Shown piece by piece: positions 8,895-17,828 of a stretch of 64,000 nucleotides of DNA. The DNA is from an uncultured Eubacteriales bacterium (lineage in GTDB: Bacteria > Acidobacteriota > Aminicenantia > Aminicenantales > Aminicenantaceae), in assembly GCA_964580235.1 (NCBI GenBank), contig CAZOJY010000001.1, positions 25,573 to 89,572 of the forward strand, given 5' to 3'. The position numbers and the translations under genes are program-made. The number at the start of each line of letters is the position of its first letter. The stretch's first letter is position 1. The notes under the pieces are model-generated. The model ran no database searches and was not told the DNA's origin. It saw nothing but the letters and a program-made list of their open reading frames with translations.

Positions 8895-9470
8895 ATGGAA
8901 GAAAACCGACTGGTCGAACAGAGCAAGCAGGGAGACGAAGAAGCTTTCGGAGTCCTTGTCAAAAGATACAAAACAAAGGTGTTTAACTTGGCTTACAGTT
9001 TCACAAGGAATCGAGAAACCGCCGATGATCTCGCACAGGAAGTCTTCATCAAGGTGTATTATGCGCTGGAAAAGTTCAAGTTCAAATCGGGTTTCGGAAC
9101 ATGGCTCTACCGGATCGCCGTCAACCACTTCAAAGACCACCTGCGAAAACATGCAAAGGAACGGCTCATCTCCATTGATGGGCAGGGCAGAGAACCTTCC
9201 TCACCGGATGATGAGATTCAAAAAAAGGAAAGAACCCAGGAAGCAGCCGACAGAAAAAAGCTCCTGTACCTGGCCTTGCGATCCCTGCCTGAAAAACATC
9301 AGATCATTTTGACCCTGAGAGATATTCAGGGACATTCTTATGAAGAAATCGCGAACATTCTGAAGCTTTCCCCCGGAACGGTGGATTCGCGCCTGCACAG
9401 GGCCAGAAAAACGCTCAGAAAAAAGATCGCACCTTTCTTATCCCAGGAAGGAGGCAACCATGAAATGTAA
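8895..9470 (+). CDS. RNA polymerase ECF (group IV, sigma-70 family) sigma factor
   Basis: 191 aa. Region 2 (DLAQEVFIKVYYALEKF..GFGTWLYRIAVN) and region 4 (SYEEIANILKLSPGTVDSRLHRARKTL). Confidence 0.9.
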   Translation: MEENRLVEQSKQGDEEAFGVLVKRYKTKVFNLAYSFTRNRETADDLAQEVFIKVYYALEKFKFKSGFGTWLYRIAVNHFKDHLRKHAKERLISIDGQGREPSSPDDEIQKKERTQEAADRKKLLYLALRSLPEKHQIILTLRDIQGHSYEEIANILKLSPGTVDSRLHRARKTLRKKIAPFLSQEGGNHEM

Positions 9471-9954
9471 AAGAGCAGAAACATTTCTTTCTAAGTCTTT
9501 GGATGGTCTTTTAACGGGCGAGGAAAAGGATGCGCTTGAAGAACACCTCGAAGGCTGCTCTTCCTGCAAGAAAAAAAGGGATGATTACGTTATCATCGCC
9601 GAAACCTTGGGGAGAGATGATTTTCCTGAAGTCCAACCCTATTTTTGGGAACGCTTACAACCTCGGCTGAAAGAGGGCAAAACATACGCTTTCTGGTCCA
9701 TATGGAAACGATGGAGCCTTCGGGCCGTGCCCCTTTCCATCATTGCCGTCGTCATGCTTGCCCTCGGGTTTGCCATTTTCCTTCCCCATCCAACCAACGA
9801 GCTGAGCCAGACAGGAGACCTCCTTCTCCGTGATAATCCCCCTCTTCCCGAAACAGTAACGCTGCTCGAAGCAGAAACCGGAGAAAACAAAAGCATGCAG
9901 CTCATATTCATGGCCATGGAAGAAAAGCCTGATTTGAGGAGATACTTCCCATGA
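9460..9954 (+). CDS. Zinc-finger (zf-HC2 / ZAS-type) anti-sigma factor, single-pass membrane protein
   Basis: HLEGCSSCKKK HxxxCxxC motif near the N-terminus and one TM segment (AVPLSIIAVVMLALGFAIFL). Overlaps the sigma gene by 11 nt. Confidence 0.75.
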   Translation: MKCKRAETFLSKSLDGLLTGEEKDALEEHLEGCSSCKKKRDDYVIIAETLGRDDFPEVQPYFWERLQPRLKEGKTYAFWSIWKRWSLRAVPLSIIAVVMLALGFAIFLPHPTNELSQTGDLLLRDNPPLPETVTLLEAETGENKSMQLIFMAMEEKPDLRRYFP

Positions 9955-10391
9955 AAAACGGAAATAAATTCTGGATCGTTTTCTCTTTTATCATTGTTTT
10001 TGCCGCGGGCGTAATCGCCGGCATTCTCATTGACACCAATTTTCTCAGCAAAAAGCCACAGAGAAATACAGAAAGACGGAGTTCAGTCAAGTTTCCAACT
10101 TTAGATATGATGGCCGAAGAGCTCGGACTCTCCGCAGAGCAGCAGGAACAACTCCGTGAAATTTTCAAGAATAACGAGGAAAGGTTGAAAGCCTATCGAA
10201 GCCAAATCCACGATCATTACAGGACCCTGAGGACTCAGCTCAAACAGGAAATAGACAGCGTCTTTTCTGCAGAACAAAAGGCCAAATTTGAGGCTATGAT
10301 CGAGAAATACTTATCTGAAAGAAAAAGACAATCGGAGGGAAGAAAGAGGAAACCCAGAAATGACACCAACAACAAGGGAGAAAGAAGATGA
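9951..10391 (+). CDS. Membrane-anchored periplasmic LTXXQ-motif protein (CpxP/Spy/ZraP superfamily; putative periplasmic stress or metal sensor)
   Basis: N-terminal TM anchor, then a helical charged domain with an LTXXQ-like motif (LSAEQQEQLREIF, FSAEQKAKFEAMIEKY) and an HDH triad. 4-nt overlaps on both sides. Confidence 0.6.
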   Translation: MKNGNKFWIVFSFIIVFAAGVIAGILIDTNFLSKKPQRNTERRSSVKFPTLDMMAEELGLSAEQQEQLREIFKNNEERLKAYRSQIHDHYRTLRTQLKQEIDSVFSAEQKAKFEAMIEKYLSERKRQSEGRKRKPRNDTNNKGERR

Positions 10392-11707
10392 ATAAAAAAG
10401 TAGTCATCGGGATCGTCGTCCTTGTCGTAGCCGCAGGGATCGTGTTCGGATTCACGTATTTCAAACGAAACAACAACAGCGGATTGCAGTATGAAAAAAC
10501 CGCTGTCGACAAAGGAACCGTTACAGCCATTGTGGACACCACAGGAACACTGAATCCTGTAACCATTGTGGATATCGGAAGCCAAGTATCTGGAAAGATA
10601 GAAAACATTTATGTGGATTTTAACTCTCAGGTCAAGTCTGGCCAGGTTTTAGCCAAACTGGAGCAACTGAATTTTCAGACAAAAGTTCAACAGAATGAAG
10701 CGAATTTTTCGAGCTCAAAAGCTGCTCTCGAAAAGTCAAAAGTTACTCTGGAAAATTCTCGAAAAAAGTACGAACGGTCCAAAAGCCTATTTGAAAAAGA
10801 GCTGCTTTCCTACGAAGAATACGAAACAGCCGAGACACAATACTTCAGCGCCAAAGCCGACCTTCAATCAGCAGAGGCGCGGCTGGAGCAGGCCCAAGCC
10901 CAACTGGATACGAGCAAAGTGGACCTGACCTACACCATCATCAAATCCCCGATCGATGGGGTGGTGATCAACAGAAACGTTAATGCTGGTCAAACAGTCG
11001 CAGCCAGCTTCCAGGCCCCTGTTCTTTTTCAAGTTGCCAATGATCTGACTAAGATGCAGGTGGAATGCAGTGTGGACGAGGCGGATATCGGCAGGGTCAA
11101 AGAGGGTCAGACAGCCCGGTTCACTGTGGATGCCTTTCCGGATGAAAACTTCACTGGTATCGTCAAACAGGTGAGATATTCTCCCGAAGTCATCCAGAAC
11201 GTTGTCACTTACACCACTATCGTCGATGTCAAAAACCTGGAGATGAAACTTCGCCCAGGGATGACTGCCACCATATCCATCGTAGTGGGCGAAGCAAAAA
11301 ATGCCCTTCGTGTGCCCAACTCCGCACTTCGTTTCCAGCCATCCCCAGAGGTAATGCAGGCACTCTTCGAAGAGATGCGCAGGAAAATGCAGGCCAGAAG
11401 AGGACAAACATCCCAAGCCGATGGGTCATCAGAGAAAAGAAGGCCTCAGGGCAACTTCCAGATGGGACAGGGCTCGGGCAGGATGGGATCCCGGCTGCGG
11501 GACAGAGCTCGGGTATGGATACAGGATGAAACCGGAAAACTCAAGATGGTTTCCATACGGACAGGTGTTACGGATAACACATATACAGAAATCACAGGAG
11601 GAGATTTAAAAGAAGGACAGGAAGTCATAACTGGGGAGAACGCCCAATCTGCCTCCTCCAACCGATCTTCGAACAGCCTGAGACGAGGCATGATGTTCAT
11701 GAGGTGA
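10388..11707 (+). CDS. macA: Efflux transporter periplasmic adaptor (membrane-fusion protein, HlyD/MacA family)
   Basis: 439 aa. N-terminal TM anchor, long coiled-coil segment, then the beta-barrel/lipoyl motifs typical of MacA-type adaptors (SPIDGVVINRNVNAGQTV). Confidence 0.85.
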   Translation: MNKKVVIGIVVLVVAAGIVFGFTYFKRNNNSGLQYEKTAVDKGTVTAIVDTTGTLNPVTIVDIGSQVSGKIENIYVDFNSQVKSGQVLAKLEQLNFQTKVQQNEANFSSSKAALEKSKVTLENSRKKYERSKSLFEKELLSYEEYETAETQYFSAKADLQSAEARLEQAQAQLDTSKVDLTYTIIKSPIDGVVINRNVNAGQTVAASFQAPVLFQVANDLTKMQVECSVDEADIGRVKEGQTARFTVDAFPDENFTGIVKQVRYSPEVIQNVVTYTTIVDVKNLEMKLRPGMTATISIVVGEAKNALRVPNSALRFQPSPEVMQALFEEMRRKMQARRGQTSQADGSSEKRRPQGNFQMGQGSGRMGSRLRDRARVWIQDETGKLKMVSIRTGVTDNTYTEITGGDLKEGQEVITGENAQSASSNRSSNSLRRGMMFMR

Positions 11708-11746
11708 TAAGTTCCATCGATCGCATCATCAACAAAGGATTCGCAA

Positions 11747-12445
11747 ATGGAAAACAATAATCTTATCAACCTGGATCATATCGAGAGGATCTACAATGTT
11801 GGCGAAACACAGGTCAAAGCCCTGAAAGGGATTTCTCAGTCTATCCAGAAAGGGGAACTTTTGGCCATCATGGGTCCTTCGGGTTCGGGAAAGTCCACGC
11901 TGATGAACATCATCGGCTGTCTGGACCGGCCCACGGCAGGAACATATTTACTCGAGGGTCATGAGGTGTCTAAAATGAACAAAAACGAACTGGCCCGGAT
12001 CCGGAACAAGAGAATCGGATTTGTGTTCCAAAACTTCAACCTGCTTTCCCGAACCACCGCGTTGGAAAACACAGAACTTCCCCTGCTGTATTCCGATGTT
12101 CCGAGCAAAAAATCAAAAGAACTGGCGTTTAAAGCCCTGGCTCAGGTGGGATTGGAGGGCCGGGAACTGCACAAGACCAACCAGCTCTCCGGGGGAGAAA
12201 TGCAAAGAGTGGCCATCGCCAGAGCTCTGGTTAACAGCCCTTCTCTTCTTCTCGCAGACGAACCGACCGGAAACCTGGACACCAAAACCGGGAACGATAT
12301 CATGGCCGTCCTCACTAAACTCAACAAGGACAACAATATTACAATCGTGCTGGTCACACACGATCCTGAAGTTGCCGAAATAGCGAGGAAAACGATTTAT
12401 CTCAGAGACGGTCTAATCGAAAAAGTTGGAATAAACGGAAAGTAA
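11747..12445 (+). CDS. macB: ABC transporter ATP-binding protein (MacB/LolD-type ATPase, encoded separately from the permease)
   Basis: Walker A GPSGSGKST, Q-loop, signature LSGGEMQRVAIARAL, Walker B LLLADEPTGNLD. 232 aa. Confidence 0.9.
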   Translation: MENNNLINLDHIERIYNVGETQVKALKGISQSIQKGELLAIMGPSGSGKSTLMNIIGCLDRPTAGTYLLEGHEVSKMNKNELARIRNKRIGFVFQNFNLLSRTTALENTELPLLYSDVPSKKSKELAFKALAQVGLEGRELHKTNQLSGGEMQRVAIARALVNSPSLLLADEPTGNLDTKTGNDIMAVLTKLNKDNNITIVLVTHDPEVAEIARKTIYLRDGLIEKVGINGK

Positions 12446-12449
12446 ACAA

Positions 12450-13667
12450 ATGAATATCATCAAAACATCAAAAGTCGCCCTACGAGCACTGAACCGCAAC
12501 AAAATGCGGTCGTTTTTAACGGCTCTGGGCATCATCATCGGCGTCGGTGCCGTGATTGCAATGGTCAGCATCGGCCAGGGCGCCAAAATGGAAGTAGAAC
12601 AGCGTTTCGAGGCCATGGGAACAAACCTCCTGACTGTCCGTCCGGGCAGCCGATCCTACATGGGAAGGCACGGTGGAGGAGGATCATACACCAACCTAAA
12701 GCAGGCCGATGCTCAAGCCATCCTCGAAAACTGCAGTGCCGTGAAGTATATTTCCCCGAGTGTGAACGGCAGGGCCCAGGTGGTCTACCAAAACAAGAAC
12801 TGGAACACGTCCATCTACGGCGTCGGGGAAAACTATCCAGAAATACGGAACTGGCCGACAGAGGAAGGCAGCTTTTTCACTGCAAGCCAGGTCCGGTCTT
12901 CTCAAAAGGTCGCGGTTTTAGGAACCGAGGTAAGCCAAAATCTTTTCGAAGGCGCAGACCCAATCGGACAGGTCATCCGGATCAACAAGAATCCGTTCCG
13001 CGTGCTGGGCGTTCTGAAATCAAAAGGTGAAAGCGGGGGATTTTTCAACAGAGACGACATGATCGCAATCCCCTATACGACAGCCCAAAAAAGACTTCTG
13101 GGCATCGACCACATCCAGTCCGTCGATGTCTCAGCCGTATCTGCCACACGAACCAACGAAGCCAGGTCACAGATCGAAGAACTGCTTAGGATCCGGCACA
13201 AAATCGCTCCTGGGGCTGAGGATGACTTCAACGTCCGTGACATGGCCGACATCGCGGAGAGCGCTTCGGAAGCCACCCAGATCCTTACCATTCTCCTTGG
13301 AGGGATTGCCTCAATTTCTCTGCTCGTGGGGGGGATCGGGATCATGAATATCATGCTGGTGTCTGTGACCGAACGCATCCGGGAGATCGGCATCCGCATG
13401 TCGGTCGGGGCCCGAGAAAGGGACATTCTGCTGCAGTTCCTGACTGAGGCTATCGTGTTGAGCGTGCTGGGAGGCTTTTTAGGGGTTGTCCTGGGCATTG
13501 GAAGCTCTAAGCTGATCTCTCACTTTGCCAACCAGAAAACGCTCGTATCCTTTGGAGCCAGCGTTTTGGCATTCGTTTTTTCAGGATCTGTCGGGATATT
13601 TTTCGGGTTCTACCCGGCGCGCAAAGCATCCAAACTGGATCCAATCGAGGCCCTTCGATATGAATAA
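12450..13667 (+). CDS. ABC transporter permease with MacB-type periplasmic domain and FtsX-like C-terminal TM bundle
   Basis: 405 aa. N-terminal TM, large periplasmic domain, C-terminal FtsX-like helices (ILTILLGGIASISLLVGGIGIMNIMLVSVTERIREIGIRMSVGA). Confidence 0.85.
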   Translation: MNIIKTSKVALRALNRNKMRSFLTALGIIIGVGAVIAMVSIGQGAKMEVEQRFEAMGTNLLTVRPGSRSYMGRHGGGGSYTNLKQADAQAILENCSAVKYISPSVNGRAQVVYQNKNWNTSIYGVGENYPEIRNWPTEEGSFFTASQVRSSQKVAVLGTEVSQNLFEGADPIGQVIRINKNPFRVLGVLKSKGESGGFFNRDDMIAIPYTTAQKRLLGIDHIQSVDVSAVSATRTNEARSQIEELLRIRHKIAPGAEDDFNVRDMADIAESASEATQILTILLGGIASISLLVGGIGIMNIMLVSVTERIREIGIRMSVGARERDILLQFLTEAIVLSVLGGFLGVVLGIGSSKLISHFANQKTLVSFGASVLAFVFSGSVGIFFGFYPARKASKLDPIEALRYE

Positions 13668-13883
13668 CGCAAAATGAATACAGGAAGCATCTTCAAACCC
13701 ATGATACTTAAGTGGTCAGGTGAATTGAAACGTCAGCCGACCGCTTTTATAACTATCACAGAAATAGAGATGCTAACACGAACACAAATGAAGTTGACAT
13801 ATATAGAGAAATAATGGGATATTGGAACACTTTCCCGACTTTTTCCGTATTAGTATCCGTAGTTAACAGTGAGGAGGTCTAAC

Positions 13884-15452
13884 ATGTGGAAAAAAACACT
13901 TGGAATTCTTTTGATTTTTGCGCTCGCAGCATTTTTGCCGGCCCAACAGCAGGAATCATCCATCCATCTCTCCCTCGAGGACTGCATTGTCAAAGCCATG
14001 AAGTATAACCTTGGCGTGGCTATCAATGTTTTAACTCCAGAAAATAGAACGTATGCCCTCAGAATGGCGAATGAAAAATTCCTGCCATCCTTTTCTGTCA
14101 ATTTCTTTCTAGCCGATCAACAACAGGCTTCTTACTCCTTCCTCGATGCAGCCGATACATTGCTCACACGACAAAACCAGTACGGCTTGGATTTCACACA
14201 GCAAATTCCATTCGGGGGAAATTTCACTTTTTCACTTTCCAACAGCAAATACGACACAAACCGAACAGGAACAACCATCAATCCCAGCTACAGAAGCACG
14301 CTGAGGTTTGATTTTACCCAGCCCCTGCTTAAAAATTTTGGCCTCAATATTTCCCAAAGAGAAATAATCGTGGCAAAAAACAATCTGAGCATTTCCGAAA
14401 AAGATCTTCAGAGATCCCTCCAGGATACCATCTACAGTGTGGAGGAAGCGTACTGGAATCTTGTCGCCAGCATCGAAAACCTCAAAGTGAGGCAGCAGTC
14501 CCTGAAATTAGCCCAGGATTTCCTGGAACGACAGAAAAGAGCCGTGGAAGTCGGAACCGAAGCCCCGATCGAAATTCTGTCTGCCCGGTCAGAGGTTGCC
14601 ACGAGGGAAGCGGATATTCTGGCAGCCGAAGCCGATGTGAAAAACAGAGAAGACGCTCTGAAACTCATTCTCAACCTCGCGGCCGAAGACCCCAATTCCG
14701 AGTTCAGCAGGATTATTCCTCAGGAAATGCCGGAATTCGCAAAAAAAGAAATCAGCCTGGATCAAGCCTTTGCCGCGGCCATTCAAAACCGGCCTGACCT
14801 GGAGTCCAGACGCATCGGCCTCAAAAACAGCGAAATCAACCTGAACTATGCCAAAAACCAGCAGCTTCCGGGCCTCAATCTTTCAGCATCCTACTGGAGC
14901 CCGGGAGTGTCCGGAACACAGATTATATATGGGAATCGTACGCCACAGAATCCATTCGGTGAAAAGATCGCGGAAATTCCAGGCGGTATTGCAGATGCTT
15001 TCAAGGACACGTTCGGATTCAGATATAGGAATTGGTCAATCAGGCTGACTCTGGACCTTCCTCTAAACACAATTGTTTCACGGGCCAGCCTTGCTCAGGC
15101 AAGAGTGGACCTGCAGCAAGCCACCCTGCAGCTCAAACAGCAGGAGCAGAACATCTACCTGGAAATCAAGCAGGCCGTCAGGGCAGTGGAAACCAATTAC
15201 AAGCGGGTCGAGGCCTACAAGGTCGCCAGAGAACTCAGGCAGCAGCAGTTGGATGCAGAAGTCGAAAAACTCAAGGTCGGGCTGACAACCCCCTACTTTG
15301 TCCTGGCGTCTCAGAGAGACCTGGCCACCGCCCAGACAACAGAACTCCAGGCGATCATCGATTACAATCTTTCTCTGGCAAATTTGAGCAGAGCGATGGG
15401 AATCAGCCTGGAGGAAAAAAACATCTCGATGGTGGATGTTTACAACAAATGA
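13884..15452 (+). CDS. tolC: TolC-family outer-membrane efflux channel
   Basis: About 520 aa. Signal peptide, then two OEP repeats with long coiled-coil helices. ATG at 13884 has GGAGG 6 nt upstream; the ORF track starts at a GTG at 13869. Confidence 0.85.
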   Translation: MWKKTLGILLIFALAAFLPAQQQESSIHLSLEDCIVKAMKYNLGVAINVLTPENRTYALRMANEKFLPSFSVNFFLADQQQASYSFLDAADTLLTRQNQYGLDFTQQIPFGGNFTFSLSNSKYDTNRTGTTINPSYRSTLRFDFTQPLLKNFGLNISQREIIVAKNNLSISEKDLQRSLQDTIYSVEEAYWNLVASIENLKVRQQSLKLAQDFLERQKRAVEVGTEAPIEILSARSEVATREADILAAEADVKNREDALKLILNLAAEDPNSEFSRIIPQEMPEFAKKEISLDQAFAAAIQNRPDLESRRIGLKNSEINLNYAKNQQLPGLNLSASYWSPGVSGTQIIYGNRTPQNPFGEKIAEIPGGIADAFKDTFGFRYRNWSIRLTLDLPLNTIVSRASLAQARVDLQQATLQLKQQEQNIYLEIKQAVRAVETNYKRVEAYKVARELRQQQLDAEVEKLKVGLTTPYFVLASQRDLATAQTTELQAIIDYNLSLANLSRAMGISLEEKNISMVDVYNK

Positions 15453-15529
15453 TCTCTAAAAATAATGAAATGGAGCATAATATATAGATTAATTCATTCT
15501 TTTAGTCACTGCACCCGGTCGGATTATAA

Positions 15530-17716
15530 ATGCCAAAGAAAAAGTTTACATATCTCCAAATCATCCTGGTAGTCCTGCTTTTTTTAAGCGCTTTTTCTCA
15601 TGCCGATGACAACGGAGGAAACTATACGGTCAGAGCCCAAAAATTTGACTCTTCCCCAAAAATCGACGGCAGGCTGGAAAACCCGCTATGGGAACGAGGG
15701 GTCATCATCGATAATTTCACCCAGTATGAACCCCAAGAAGGATCGGAACCCACCGAAAAAACGGTCGCGTACATCGGTTACGACAGGAAAAACCTGTACA
15801 TTGCTGTGCGGGCTTACGATTCCGATCCTGACGCGGTTCGGGCTTGTCTGACAAAAAGAGACAGCGTATACGGCGACGATGTTATCACTGTTTACCTCGA
15901 CACTTTTAACGATAAAAAGCGGGCGTTCGTCTTCCAGGTCAATCCCTGCGGTGTCCAGGTGGACGGTATCTATACCGAGACAAGACGGCGGGGCAGAGGT
16001 CGAGGAGGAGGCGGTTTCTTCGGGTTCGACAGAAACTACGACACTTTTTTCCTCACCGATGCCACAATCGATGAGGAGGGCTATACCGTGGAAATAGCTA
16101 TCCCGTTTAAAAGCCTCCGGTTTCCAAACAAGCCAAATCAGGTATGGGGACTCCAGATCATGCGGAACATCCGAAGAAAAAACGAGGAAATCTACTGGCA
16201 TCCCCGGTCCAGGGATGTAAACGGTTTTCTCATTCAGGCAGGAATCCTGGAGGTCCAGGGACAGATCGAAAAAGGAAAAAACTTCGAGATCATGCCCGTG
16301 CTGACAGGGATGAAAGCCATGGACAGCAAACTTGATCCGGACCCCGGAATAAACCTAAAATACGGCATCACATCAGACCTGACTGCTGATGTCACCATTA
16401 ACCCGGACTTCAGTCAGATCGAAGCGGATATGCCCCAGATCGATGTCAACCAGAGGTACGCCTTGTACTACCCGGAAAAACGGCCGTTTTTTCTTGAGGG
16501 GAAGGACTTTTTCGATACGCCGTTCGAACTGGTGTACACGCGGAATATCGTGAATCCGTTCTGGGGAACCAAGCTCACAGGAAAAGTGGGAAAAATCACG
16601 ATGGGTTTCATGAGCGCCTATGATGAGACGCCCCCAGAAATCGACAATCCATGGGAGGAGGATCCCGACATCGAAGGCTATAGAGGGCTGATCAATGTCT
16701 TCCGGCTCAAGCAGGATCTGTATTCCGAGTCCCACATCGGATTCATGCTGACAGACAAGGAAATGGGCCCTTCCTGGAAGAATGTTTCCAAAAACTACAA
16801 CCGGTTGGCGGGATTCGACGGCCACTTTAAATTCGGGGATTATTACCGGCTTTCCTTCCAAATCGTGGGTTCTCAAACAAAGTGGGGAAGCGAGAAAACG
16901 GGAATCGTTCCGGCCGCTTCCTTCAATTTCAGCCGGAGAGCGCGCCACCTGACATTCTCGCTTGACTACAACCAGATCCCCGAGGACTTTGAGGCTTCCC
17001 TGGGATTTTTCCGCCGGAAAGATATCCGCTCCCTCAGCACACGCGTAGGTTATGCCTTTCTTCCGATGAACGACTACATTGTAGACATTCGGCCATCGCT
17101 CGAGTATCGAAGAATATATGATTTCAGCAACACCCTGACTGACGAGGAAGTCCGGCTGGGTTTTTTCATCACCGGATGGAGAGGGTCCTTTCTCTACGGC
17201 GGATACACCGTCAACATGGAACAGTATGGCGGAATCGATTTCCATAAAAAATCTTTCCGGGCGAGCATCCGGTCCGAACCCCTCGCCTGGCTGAACGGAA
17301 GCTTCAATTTTTCCTTCGGAGACTCGATCTACTACGGTGAAAATCCCTATCTGGGATACAAAACGTCTTTTGGTTTCACATTGACCTTTAAGCCCCTGAC
17401 AAACCTCCGCGCCTTCTACACCTTTCGCAACGACAATTTTTATGAAAACAGGGGCGGAGAAAGGGTGTACAAAATCAACATCATCAGCCAGCGCATCTCC
17501 TACCAGCTCTCCCGCCAACTTTCCGTAAGGCTGATCACGGATTACAACGATTATTACAAGGACATTTACTCCAGCCTTCTTTTCAGCTATGAACTCCGGC
17601 CGGGCACGGTCTTTTATTTCGGGATCGACGACAATCAGGAACAGGACGACTCGGGTATCTACAAGGTGGAGGGCCGGTTCGTCTTCGTCAAATTCTCTTA
17701 CTGGTGGAGAATCTGA
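15530..17716 (+). CDS. DUF5916-family protein with N-terminal carbohydrate-binding-module-9-like domain; predicted secreted / outer-membrane beta-rich protein
   Basis: 728 aa. Signal peptide. CBM9-like signature (SPKIDGRLENPLWERGVIIDNFTQYEPQEG..YIGYDRKNLYIAVRAYD). Long C-terminal region rich in alternating aromatic strands. Confidence 0.6.
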   Translation: MPKKKFTYLQIILVVLLFLSAFSHADDNGGNYTVRAQKFDSSPKIDGRLENPLWERGVIIDNFTQYEPQEGSEPTEKTVAYIGYDRKNLYIAVRAYDSDPDAVRACLTKRDSVYGDDVITVYLDTFNDKKRAFVFQVNPCGVQVDGIYTETRRRGRGRGGGGFFGFDRNYDTFFLTDATIDEEGYTVEIAIPFKSLRFPNKPNQVWGLQIMRNIRRKNEEIYWHPRSRDVNGFLIQAGILEVQGQIEKGKNFEIMPVLTGMKAMDSKLDPDPGINLKYGITSDLTADVTINPDFSQIEADMPQIDVNQRYALYYPEKRPFFLEGKDFFDTPFELVYTRNIVNPFWGTKLTGKVGKITMGFMSAYDETPPEIDNPWEEDPDIEGYRGLINVFRLKQDLYSESHIGFMLTDKEMGPSWKNVSKNYNRLAGFDGHFKFGDYYRLSFQIVGSQTKWGSEKTGIVPAASFNFSRRARHLTFSLDYNQIPEDFEASLGFFRRKDIRSLSTRVGYAFLPMNDYIVDIRPSLEYRRIYDFSNTLTDEEVRLGFFITGWRGSFLYGGYTVNMEQYGGIDFHKKSFRASIRSEPLAWLNGSFNFSFGDSIYYGENPYLGYKTSFGFTLTFKPLTNLRAFYTFRNDNFYENRGGERVYKINIISQRISYQLSRQLSVRLITDYNDYYKDIYSSLLFSYELRPGTVFYFGIDDNQEQDDSGIYKVEGRFVFVKFSYWWRI

Positions 17717-17828
17717 CCATCTTGACCAAATTTTTTGGCTTCTGAAAAATTTTCACAGATTGGAAAAGCTATCCTTATTCGAAAAAAATTTCCTTTTTTT
17801 CCCAAAAATGCGCTAGAATAGAGGGCAA

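Noticed and set aside
16373-17518. 381-aa antisense ORF inside the DUF5916 gene
   Set aside because: It lies entirely opposite a well-supported coding frame, has no recognisable motif, no Shine-Dalgarno sequence and shows low-complexity translation typical of a shadow ORF.
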